DNA of 58,648 nucleotides, counting the filler, from Sphacelaria rigidula (Eukaryota): NCBI GenBank assembly GCA_964200075.2. It is 9 parts of 9 records of this genome, joined end to end, with 100 filler letters (N's around TTAATTAATTAA, not from the genome) between each part and the next. Parts side by side here need not be neighbours in the genome. Positions count along the whole stretch, not along the records: positions 45,695 to 52,121 come from CAXNAA020020134.1; positions 52,222 to 58,648 come from CAXNAA020020135.1; 7 more parts are not named here. One strand, written 5' to 3'. Below, piece by piece: positions 48,450 through 58,648 of this stretch; within the stretch, counting starts at the first letter, position 1; each line of letters opens with the position of its first letter. The notes beneath the pieces are model-generated. The model was not told the DNA's origin and made no database searches. It saw nothing but the letters and a program-made list of their open reading frames with translations. Made by a program: the position numbers and the translations under genes.

Positions 48450-51050
48450 CCTACAAACGTTCACAACCCAGACTGCTGGAGGTGGCCGTTAGCTCCAGAC
48501 CGGCGGATGATTTGGTGGTAGATCAAAGCAAATAATAAAACAAAAACTTTCCGTGGAAAAGTTCAGATCACAATTGTTTTGGTGCGAGTATTACCGATAT
48601 GTTGCGAAAACGTGATGGTTGTTTCTCAGGCTTGAGTCGGACACGATGTTTCCATCTCACAGAGTTCTTCCGTTGTACCTTTTTTTCAAGACATGATGGC
48701 GGTGAACATTCCTACTGTGAGGGGCAAAAAGCGCTGCGAAATACCCCCAGGACACAAGCCCAACCGCAGTAGCCTTCCTATTGATGAATCATCTGATGAA
48801 TGGGATTTCTCCCGACATCTGACGTGAGGCAGGATCGGAGTGTGTTGAACCACGTGATATTAGTTTTTACACATGGTGCTTAAAGGCGTCCTTCGTTAAC
48901 GATTGGTACTGAGCGCACATTATGACCAGGGTGTTCATGACTATCAAAACGGCACATGGAAGAAAACCAAGTAACATGTGAATCCATAGTTGTTTATCGA
49001 GTGCGACAAAAACAAGGAAAATCATCTTCATGCGATTCCCAGTCAACATTTTTCCTGCGCTGCAAGTTTCATACAAACACCCGTTTTTAGTTCCCTCTCG
49101 AGAACTTCCACTGAGGGCTCTTGAGGAGTTTCTCACACGTTATAGAGTGGTACCGTCTAGATATTCAGAAACGATTATACATCACACAACACGGGCATCA
49201 AATACTTGCCACACGTAACATACAACTAACTCGTCACCTGGTATGCAGGTTTGAGTGGAGTGATACCAGCTGCAAGGCAGATGGATAATGAGAAACTACG
49301 CCGACCCACCCGCCCTTTCAGGAACCTCTTGGAGGTTTTGCAGGGAAAACATTTTACGCCGGTTATCGGTTGGAATCTTGCCTTTCGATTCACATATCGT
49401 CTACATGTGTTGGGTCGTCCAACCAACAATCGCCGCAGGAGATTTTCCGTTTTCCGTGAGTGTTTGAACTCCGCTTCAGAGGGTATTCACATTTTTTCTG
49501 GCTCCCACCATTCTGGTGGGACCCGGGATTTGAACGCAGGACCTTCTGCTCGTGAAGCGTTCGAGCTATCTCATGATGTCGCCAATGTGGAAAGGTGATT
49601 CTTTCACACTCATCGGAATTCGTCCCGTTTCTGTGGTGGTTCCCACACCATCACCATATGTTTTCTCTGGCCAAGTACTGGTCGGAAGCTTCACTCGCAG
49701 GCTTCCCGTCGATGACCTTTTCTATCCGCCACTTCGTGGTCTAAAACAAAACATCTCGTCAATTTTCATCGACAGATATTCAATCACGAGTTTTGGAGAC
49801 TAGGAACCAAAAACCATCAGATAGAGACGTGTGCGTTGGAACGAGTCCTGGCGAGAGCTTCCATTCGGAGCAGGTTTTGGACATGAGAGGCGTGATCAAA
49901 CGAAAAAGTGGACCGGAACGTTGCTCACTCGTGCTCTGGGTTCCTTGCACGTAAGAGTGATACATGTACATTTCCATGTCCTCGCTGTCCGTACATACGC
50001 AAAGATATTTCTTCAGTCGGCGACCTATGGGCTTTGTTGTGGATTTTCACACGCAGCATGACGTCAAGCGAGCTGAATTTGAGACCGACCACCCCCAAGT
50101 TAGGCACTCCTGATTATATCACGCTCATGGCACATCATCGAAGAAAAACTAAAACACTCACAAGTCGTGAACTTGGGCTATCCGTCATGTAAACGATGTT
50201 CCCCGCCAGAAGGTACTCGTAGTGACGGAAGCCATCTGGACCTGTCAAGCACGGTGCGACATGGAGCAGCAGTTGTTAACTGTCAGTACCTGGTCCGAAG
50301 CAGCATGGAATAAGCCCCAGTCTTTGTTGTTGCGCATGGAACGCTACATATCTCAGAGTGACGATAAAAACTGCAGATATCAGAGGGAGGCACCGGTTAT
50401 GGTCAGTACTTAGTTCACCGGAGACGTAGTGTAGGGTGACCTGCTTGTGTACCCGTTAGGATGATGTGGGGGTCTTCAATCATGTTATGTAAGTACTCTC
50501 GATGCCGTCACGCGATACCTTTACACGGGTGAGGGTCACATCACCTGACAGCAACTTATTGAGCTCCTGAAGAGCCCAACCGACGTTTGTATCTGTCGCG
50601 TATATCAAGTGTGACGCTGAGCCTTGTAATTGCAACGCTATGAACACTCACCCATCAACCACTCGCTATCAAAGTTGCAAGATTTACTACGGGACCTTCG
50701 GCTGTCGCTAATACGACCACTACTACGACGGGCAGAGCTTAGTTGGGCCAGTCGATATGAAGGGCAGCATGATATGGAACGTACGGGTGCCAGCTGGGCT
50801 GACGGCGAAGATCCCTTCCGTGCTGGCTTCCACAGTCGCAGCTGGTTCCATGGGATATCGGTTCTCAGGCACCACTTTATCGACTGCCATGAACGAGCGA
50901 CAATTGCCAAAGGGACAGTGGAGGGCAAGTGAAGGGGTGCTAAAACAAAACAATCAATGCCACAGAAGCTTGAGCAGTGAATGGGGGAAAATGAATTATC
51001 GCCTGCGCTACCGACGCGATAGCTCAATCACGTGCAAGGTGTCGTTCGCA
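48450..51050 (-). mobile_element. Decayed Ty3/gypsy-like pol relic in RT-RNaseH-integrase order (boundaries approximate)
   Basis: Minus-strand remnants: RT start (~50900), RNaseH-like SGPLFRLIT (~49900), integrase Zn-finger-like TCRRYVNRK (~49400), IVS(E) (~49170), GNRMKMIFL...LW (~49020); no intact ORF. Confidence 0.5.
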
Positions 51051-51072
51051 ATTACTTGTGACGAATGATGCA

Positions 51073-51190
51073 TCAACAGCAACAACGACGACTGGGTGCT
51101 ACTACATCTACCCCTACCCCTACCCCTACCCCTACCACCACTACTACTACTGCTACTACTACTACTACTACCAACTCTACCATCACAACC
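51073..51190. repeat. Compound microsatellite (CAA/CCCCTA/CTA)n
   Basis: Direct observation. Confidence 0.9.
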
Positions 51191-52064
51191 AGAGTACACA
51201 CGATCGAGTGCACGGTAACAGTTACACAAGTAATTCCTGAAAGACGGAGGCCTGCCCAATATCTAGTGACTGTGTACGTGTGCATGAAAATGACTGAACG
51301 ATGTCGTTAGCAAGGGTAGCACTTGCGTCTCGTTATCTACCGGGTGGTCGTCACCTGAGCGTCAGCTACATCACACGATGCACGCAGCATTTCCCGCACA
51401 AGATCATGGGCTATGGTGAGCTCGTCCGCAACGGGAAACTCGAAGGGCACGTTCAATAGGATTGTTCGACATGCAGCTGCTCCCCACAGGGGCATCAGTA
51501 CATTGTACGTCACAGTCTACTCATAGCGCACACTTCGCGAGCACAGCACACAAACGTAGGCCGCCTCTTCCAGGACTCAAGATGAGTCCGCGAGTCCATG
51601 GTATATGTTCAGATACATGTAGGTTCCTCGAGTGTCCACCACATGCACATGAGACGCCAAGTACCGTTTGTTGCAAGATGGGCTGAGCTAGACAGGGGCA
51701 AACCTTGCTTCCCCGGCTCGTGCAACGCCGCGTTGATCCGTGGTCGAGGGGTGTTCGGGCTGGCGTTGTTGCACATGAAGAGGAGATCGAGCCTGCGGTG
51801 GCCATGCGTAAATAGGCAGCGGACCGCGTATTTGTTTCGGTGCAAGGTGCACCTTACACGTTGAACGACGAACGTGAAAGCAGTGTCGAAATCTGCCGTA
51901 CAGTCGTGGTGTAGGTGATGGAATTTTTCCAAGAATGGCAACAACAGTAAACCCGCCTCGACGAGTGATCCCCCGTGTACGGTCATAGGCAAGAGCGCAT
52001 GTTTGCGCCATAAGTGCATTTGCAGCGCCAGGAAAAAGATCAGACGCTTAAGGGGGGGGGGGGG

Positions 52065-52121
52065 CTATTCATTTGTTGCTTGCCCGAGTCGTGTGACCAT
52101 TGACCACGCATCCCTTTCGAG
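52065..52121 (-). mobile_element. LINE 3'-end fragment abutting a G12 tract at the contig end
   Basis: CATTTGTTGCTTGCC.GAGTCGT.TGACCATTGACCACGCATCCCTTTCGAG. Confidence 0.75.
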
Positions 52122-52221
52122 NNNNNNNNNNNNNNNNNNNNNNNNNNNNNNNNNNNNNNNNNNNNTTAATTAATTAANNNNNNNNNNNNNNNNNNNNNNN
52201 NNNNNNNNNNNNNNNNNNNNN
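52122..52221. other. Artificial assembly linker
   Basis: N44-TTAATTAATTAA-N44. Confidence 0.98.
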
Positions 52222-52540
52222 TGCTTATGTAGGAATACTCTTTGTGGATACTGCATTAGTCCGAGAATGGTATTTGTGGTGTGGGGAACAACCCGAAGTT
52301 TTGTGGTACGTCAGGAGGTGCGTTGGTACGAGTCCCGTTGCTGGAACCATGTAGAACGTTGCTGACGTTCCGGAACGTTTCCGGAACTTGTCTTTGGTTT
52401 TTTGGTTTCCAGAGTTTCTTGGTGGAAGATTACATGAGCTCGCCTACCTTGCTCACTCCACTTTCCCTATCCGTCTCTCAGGACCAAGGTCTCAATAATA
52501 CAGTACATCGTTTTCTCCAGAAGTCAAGAGTTTACCAACA
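52222..52540 (+). repeat. 5' LTR (truncated by the contig start)
   Basis: Matches 57891-58209 with 7 substitutions in 319 bp by my count; ends ...TTACCAACA. Confidence 0.95.
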
Positions 52541-52626
52541 CGCTATAGCGCATTAGTCGACTGCTGCTTCGTCCCCCTGGATTGTGCACGAGACTACTGA
52601 GGGAGGCTTGATCAACCTGCCTCATC

Positions 52627-55600
52627 ATGGCTGAACTGGGGAACAAGGATCCTGCGGTTGACCCAGCTGAGGGTGGATCGCAGGAAGTTGGTGAGAGGAT
52701 TTGTTCCATACAGACGCAGTTGTCTCAACTTATGACTCTTGTATCGACGCTAGTTGAGCAACAGGGAGGGAACGTCAAGTCCTCTGGTTTTGTAGCTGCC
52801 GCGCCGGGAGGCGGAGAGCAAGACTAGTATGCATATTTCTGCTGATGCTACTGGTAGGACCGCGGGAGGTATGGGTTGCGATGCCCAAGGCTTAGGCGTG
52901 TCCAGCATGTGGGTTGGGAATAGCAGTCTTGCAGACTCAGGCTTGAATCCTCATGTATCTTCTTTAAATCGTTCCTCTGTAGTTGCAGTAAACTTTGGTT
53001 CGATCGGGACTGTAGGTGGGGCTGTGGGCCAGTCCTCTGTTCCGCCCGCTCCTTCTCTGTCGAGTAAGTGGTGGAAAAAGATCTCCAGTGGAAACACACT
53101 GATTCCTGGGGCTGACATTTCTGACACAGGAGAGAAGTTGGGTAGGGGTCCTTTGAAAGTTCCCAAAGCTCCTATTTTTGACGGTAACGACGTGTCGTAT
53201 CCCTCATGGTCGCAAAACTTCCTGTTGAGTGCTCGATACAACAATCTGTATGAGGCGTTTGTTTCCGAGGCTGAGATTCCGATTGCAGACATTGATTTCG
53301 ACTTACCAACATGATACTGTTGTTGAAAATTTATACAGCCAGTAATCTAGCCGCTTGTTTTGTTCTAGGTTTTGACTGTAGCAGATTAGCGGCGCAATAG
53401 GTTCCGGTTTATAAGGGGCCCCAGCAATAACCCTGGGTTCAGTATCGTTTCATGTGGATCCTTGATGGTAGATATCTTCCAAGCTGAGCCGCATAAGCTC
53501 GGAGGTTACGACAGTGTGCTCTCATTGTTTGTGAGTAGCGTGCTGTACTCTCGTAGGTGGAAGAGAAACTGAAGTCGCTACGCATGCGAGAATCCCACAA
53601 CCTTCTTTGCATCCATGAGGGAGACGCTTGGTGTTCTACAAATGCTTGAAGTCAAGAAAGATGACAGAGAGGTGTGCAACCTGATGCTTGAGGGACTGTC
53701 GCTCGAGTACAAGGCTTTGCGTGAAACTCTTGTGGTGTTCTGTCCGAATGACCCACCGTTCATAGAGAGGAGGGTCACTTGAGGAAGGACTGCCTGACTC
53801 GCGTGATCGCTAATCCTACCCCGACCGGAAAGTCCGAGGGTGCCGAGGATGAGAACGATGAGAGGTCTAGTTTGGTGTTGCTCTCTCAAACCAGCTCGAA
53901 CACCTCGAGTGATCTGACGTGTCTGGTAGCATTTTACGATGCCATGCTGCGTGAGTGCTTGTTCGGTGATGATGCTGTTCGTGAATTTCTTCTCTTGTAA
54001 GGAAGGACAGGTGTGTCGAAGATTGGTATGCAGACACGGGTACTGCTTTTCACATGACCGATTCTCTCTCTTATATGAAGGATGTAAAGCCTTTCCACAA
54101 GAACGTAAACGGGATTGGTGGCGTGACTTATGAGGTAGCTCTCTCTGGAACACTGGAGTTGGTGTTTGTGACTGCTGACAGCGAATTTTCCGTAGAGTTG
54201 GAGAACGTGTTGTACTCTCCCAACTTAGGGTATAACCTCTTTTCCCCCAGCGCAGAGTTTGATGGCAAGTCATGGAATGGTCTTGGTAGTCCTGATGGTG
54301 TAATGACTGCTTACGACGGACATGTTACTTTTCAGAACTCGGATGGCATGCTAATTGCGACTGCGTAGAGTGTGGGAGATGACTCTGCTGGTTCGGTGTT
54401 GGCTGCCCTCACTCCTTTAAACCCCAAGCATGAAAATAAGATGGATATGAACGAGTTCCATAACATTTATGCTCATTCACACGAGGGATTACTTCGTACT
54501 ACTGCAAAACGACTAGGTACCGAGTTGACCGATGACATGCATCCTTGTACGGGATGTTCGATGTCGAAGGCTATTAGGAAAAGAATTGCGCATGGAACTA
54601 AAAGTAGATCGGATAAAACGTTGGGCAGAGTTTTTGTTGACCTGAGAGGGAGGAAGAACGTTGCGTCCGTAGGGGGTAAACACTACCCCATGATTGTGAA
54701 GGATGATTTCACAAGGCGTGCATGGATGTATTTCATGAGAAGTATATCAGACGCTGGGAGTGTTTTCCGAAGTTTTCTTGCTAGTGTGCGTGCTGATGGG
54801 ATCCCATCATTGGTTGAGATTGCTAGATCTGACAATGGAGGGGAGTTTTTCGGGGGGGAATTTGCATCCTTGTGAAACGAGCTTTTGATCGAACAAGAGT
54901 TCACTCCGGCTTACAGTCCCCAATATAACAGTGTTGCAGAGCGTGGATTAGGATTGATTGGGGAGGCCGCTATGGCGGCTCGTATTCAGGCGAAAGTTCT
55001 GTTTGGGCATGTGCAGTTACGTAAGACTGACAGACTCTGGGCTGAGGCGATGCATTACGCTTGCGAGGCACTTAACCACACAGCGTGCTCTGCTAACCCT
55101 GACTCTAAGTCGCTGTATGAGATGTGGTATGGAGAACCTTGTCCTGCTAGACCGTATCCGTTTTTGAAATAGGCTTACTGCAGGTGGCAGCGACCGTTTA
55201 AGCTGCTACCGAAAGGTGAGAGTTGCTTTCACGTCGGTCCTTCAAGAGACCACCCGCGTGATTGTCATAGAGTACTTACGAGGGCTGGTACTATTCAGGA
55301 AACGAGAAATGTGACGTGGAGGCGTTGCCGTCACATCTCCCTCCACCGCAACCTCCTCTGCCGATTGAGATTGCGGAAGAGGGAGGGGAGGAAAGTGACG
55401 ACGATGTAGAAGCTGAAGTATGGCCGCTTGCAGGAAGCGGAGTTAAAGACATTCGTATTCGTGTGAATCGTGATGCAGTGTTGCCCTATGGTGCAGGAAT
55501 CAACAAGGTTGGCAGTGTTGATGCAGGCAGTGTAGGCCAGTCCCCTTCTGTTCCATCTTCCCCCTCTGTACCGTCTTCGCCCGTGAACAACTCCTCTAGT

Positions 55601-57693
55601 ATAACGGCTCACTCTGTGTCCTCTCCAGCACTTGAGATAGACGGAGGGGGGGCAGGGAGGGCTGGAGACAGGGGAAGTAGAGACGGCGGATCCGGGAGGG
55701 GATGATGAGGTAAAGACGATTGGGCCGGGAGAGCAGGAAGTAGAGGCGAGGGCACCTCCTCCAGCCGCTCGTCGTCCGCGGCATGTCGCTTGCTAATTCT
55801 AATACTAATGCGTGTGAGAATGATGAAGTAAGAGAAGGTAGAACTCGTGCGCAAACTCGTTCAGAATGTTGAGTCAGAGCCTGGTAGCTATCAAGAAGCC
55901 CGGCAATCGAAGCACGCAAAGATTTGGGATGGAGCCATGTCTGCAGAAGTTGAAGGCTTGATAAGAGCAGGAACGTTCACGTTAGCAGTAAAGATCCCAG
56001 TAGGCTATAATGTGATTGATGCTAGATATGTTTTCAAATAGAAAGCAGACGAAACACGGAAGATGGTGAAGGCCAAGGCTAGGCTTGTAGCGAAGGGCTT
56101 CAAGCAGAAGTATGGTGTGGACTATCTTGAAACTTTCTCGCCTACTGCAAATGCTGCATCGATGCGATTGCTAGTAGCGTTGGCATGCAAGTACAACTTG
56201 AAATTACTCCACTGGGGTATCGAGCAAGCGTTTGTTCAGTCGGAATTGAATCACGAGGTGTTCATGAAGTTGCCTCCTGGCTGCGGTTCGATGTCAGGAA
56301 AGGTTGTCCGTTTGAACAAGAATTTGTACGGATTGAAACAGGCATCTAGAACATTTTACAAGAGGCTAGTGTCGGACCCGAAAAGGGTTGGTTTCTAGCA
56401 GTCTCTGTCTGACCCCTGTGTCCTGCGTTTCATGATGGGAGACGAGGTGGTGGGTATGGTCGTGATTCACGTGACTAATGCCGAGATAGCCCCCCCACAC
56501 AAAGTGCACGGGAGACCGTGCGACAAACCGGCTGCGATCCCACTCTTGGGCTCGGTTGCAGCAATTCCGCCCACATGAAAGGCTCGTAGCAGTCCGAAAT
56601 AAGCTATAACGCCCAATTAAGTCGTGTCGTGGAACACGAAACCAGCTCTAACGGCATTTATGATCATCGCCTCCGTGCACATTTTTGGCCGATTCGGGGG
56701 GGGGCTATCTCGGCAGCAGTCACGTGGAACATTCTGTATGCAGGAACTAAGAGTCTTGCCAAGGTGGTAGTAAAATCGCAAGGCGACTCTCTTCCTACGA
56801 AGAATTTGGGTGAGGTCAAGTTCTTTCTTGGTTGCGCATTTATTCGCGACCGCGAGGCTGGTACGATTGAGATTTCTCAAGAAAGTTACATCAGGAGTGT
56901 TCTCGAGAGATTTAATATTTGTCGCACCAGCTCGATTCCTGCTTCCCTTGCCAACGATAACAGGTCCTTGATGGAGGATAAGGGAGCAGGAGATGTACCG
57001 TTTCGAGAGGTGGTGGGGAGCCTGATGTGGATCACCAACCAGACAAGGCCCGGCATCTCGAATGCTGTGCGGGCGGTGGCGAGGCACTCTCATGAGCAAA
57101 AGAAGAGCCACTGGAAGGCAGCCCAGAACATTCTGAATTATCTTCTGGAAACGCCATATCGAACTTTGAAGTTCAAGCAGGACAGTACGGTAGACGTAGG
57201 CACGCTGGTGTACGTAGATGCCGATTTTGCAAGCAAGGTCACTGACCGTAGATCAGTTTCGGGAGCGTTGTTTTTTGTGGCTGCCATGCTTGTAGTTTGG
57301 ATTTCTAGGACGCAGAAATGAATTTCACAGTCGACTTCTAAAGCAGAGTATCTTGCGATTGGTGATGGTGTGAAAGAGGCTCTGTTTGTGAACGGAATGC
57401 TTCAGCTCTTGAGGCCTAGTGTGAAGCCTTGTAAGATTGAGGTACTTGAGGACAACGAGGGTGCGATTGCGCTTGCAGAGAATCCACTCAGCTCGTGCAG
57501 GAGTAAGCACATTGACGTGAGACACCACTTTCTTAGGAATTTGACCGAGGAGGGTGTGATTGAGATCACGCATGTTGCCAGCGAAGAACAGCATGCGGAC
57601 ATCCTCACGAAGGCTCTGCCGAGAAATCTTTTTGAAGTTCACCGTGACTTTTACCTTGGCATGAGAAATGAGAAGCAGAAGTCTGAGTCGTAA
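52627..57693 (+). pseudogene. Copia gag-pol polyprotein, with multiple stops, frameshifts and insertions
   Basis: GHLRKDC knuckle remnant; protease WYADTGTAFHMT (~54024); FHNIYAH...CTGC; RSDNGGEF, SPQYNSVAER; KARLVAKGFKQKYGVDYLETFSP, LYGLKQAS; YVDADFA, RSKHIDVRHHF, ADILTKAL. Confidence 0.93.
56473..56721. mobile_element. 249-bp MITE with 4-bp TSD ACGT nested in the copia RT
   Basis: GACTAATGCCGAGATAGCCCCCCC...GGGGGGGGCTATCTCGGCAGCAGTC; ACGT at 56469-56472 and 56722-56725. Confidence 0.9.
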
Positions 57694-57749
57694 TTTGGTT
57701 TCGTGATATATGTATTTGGTCTGGTAGATACAACAGCCCCAAGGGAGGG

Positions 57750-58209
57750 TGTTCGTGATAGCTGCGGTAGTATCGACTGATTTGCGTAGAACATCTGGTT
57801 GGACGATTTGAATAACGGAACCGTCGATCTATAAGTTTCTGAGCTACCACATATTTGAGAATTGCGAAGAACGTTCGCGATCCTTTCTGTTGCTCATGTA
57901 GGAATACTCTTTGTGGATACTGCATTAGTCCGAGAATGGTATTTGTGGTGTGGGGAACAACCCGAAGTTTTGTGGTACGTAAGGAAGTGCGTTGGTACGA
58001 GTCCCATTGCTGGAACCATGTAGAACGTTGCTGACGTTCCGGAACGTTTCCGGAACTTGTCTTTGGTTTTTTGGTTTCCAGAGTTTCTTGGTGGAGAATT
58101 ACATGAGCTCGCCTACCTTGCTCACTCCACTTTCCCTATCCGTCTCTCAGGACCAAGGTCTCAATAATACAGTACATCTTTTTCTCCAGAAGTCAAGAGT
58201 TTACCAACA
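57750..58209 (+). repeat. 3' LTR (460 bp, TG...CA)
   Basis: Starts TGTTCG right after the PPT and ends ACCAACA. Confidence 0.95.
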
Positions 58210-58648
58210 TGTCGTAACCCGGTAGGGTTGGACTTTTGCATGTATGTGTTCTAGCGATATCCCTCTTTGATGTTTTCACGGGCATCGACAGTGAATGGTG
58301 CCGGGAAACGATGTCACAGGTTTGAATTGTTGGGAGCCCTGTATAACCTCACCCAAAAAGTGATAGTACAGCACGTCAGCCACGATTATGATAATTAGCA
58401 GTCTAATCAAGGGGCTGAGGATGTCGAAAACGAACTTCAAAATAGGGATGTCCGGCCCAACATTCTTGTCCAGCTTTTAAGTTGAGGAGCCCCTCAACGA
58501 GAAGTATCGGGGCCCAGATAGATGTGCAACCCCTAACGGGGCATGACTCCAGTGGAATTGAAATAACAGCCGATTTTCAATTTTGGGGTTCATACAAAAT
58601 ATGGGGTTGAAGTGGCATTTTTCTCTTGCACGGAAGACCCGAAACACT

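Larger units (their letters stand above)
52222..58209 (+). mobile_element. Ty1/copia LTR retrotransposon, near full length, inactivated
   Basis: Paired LTRs, PPT AAGGGAGGG at 57741-57749, domain order gag-PR-IN-RT-RNaseH. Confidence 0.96.

Noticed and set aside
6429..52221. TTAATTAATTAA recurring every ~6528 bp
   Set aside because: Artificial linker between size-sorted contigs; ORFs running into it (poly-X, ...LIN) are artefacts

Overview
This window is not one locus. It is nine unrelated contigs of 6428/6427 bp (1-6428, 6529-12956, 13057-19484, 19585-26012, 26113-32540, 32641-39067, 39168-45594, 45695-52121, 52222-58648) joined by artificial 100-bp N44-TTAATTAATTAA-N44 linkers, so nothing can be inferred from adjacency across linkers. 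The content is eukaryotic, intron-rich and TE-rich. It is most consistent with a brown alga (Phaeophyceae), inferred from the EsV-1-7 repeat gene, TTAGGG hexamers, long GT-AG introns and TE types. Host gene fragments: three phase-compatible exons of a GH31 glucosidase II alpha subunit; two exons of a secreted GH114 (Ega3-like) enzyme with a strongly basic N-terminal region; one Agd3-like exon; one Myb/SANT exon; one unidentified exon; and a disrupted gene with 15 tandem 38-aa EsV-1-7 Cys/His repeats. Mobile DNA: an almost complete but inactivated Ty1/copia element, three decayed Ty3/gypsy-like relics, many 5'-truncated LINE ends sitting in G/C tracts, two SINE-like copies and several MITE families with clear TIRs and TSDs. 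The most interesting leads are (i) position-restricted variation in the EsV-1-7 array plus SUMO-type tail motifs, (ii) galactosaminogalactan-type enzymes in an alga, (iii) a LINE family lacking poly(A) that appears to insert at oligo-G/C tracts, (iv) a TGT..ACA MITE with a 5-bp TSD carrying telomere repeats, and (v) ~250-bp MITEs with a 4-bp TSD and unrelated interiors. All family assignments come from motif recognition by eye; no searches were run.
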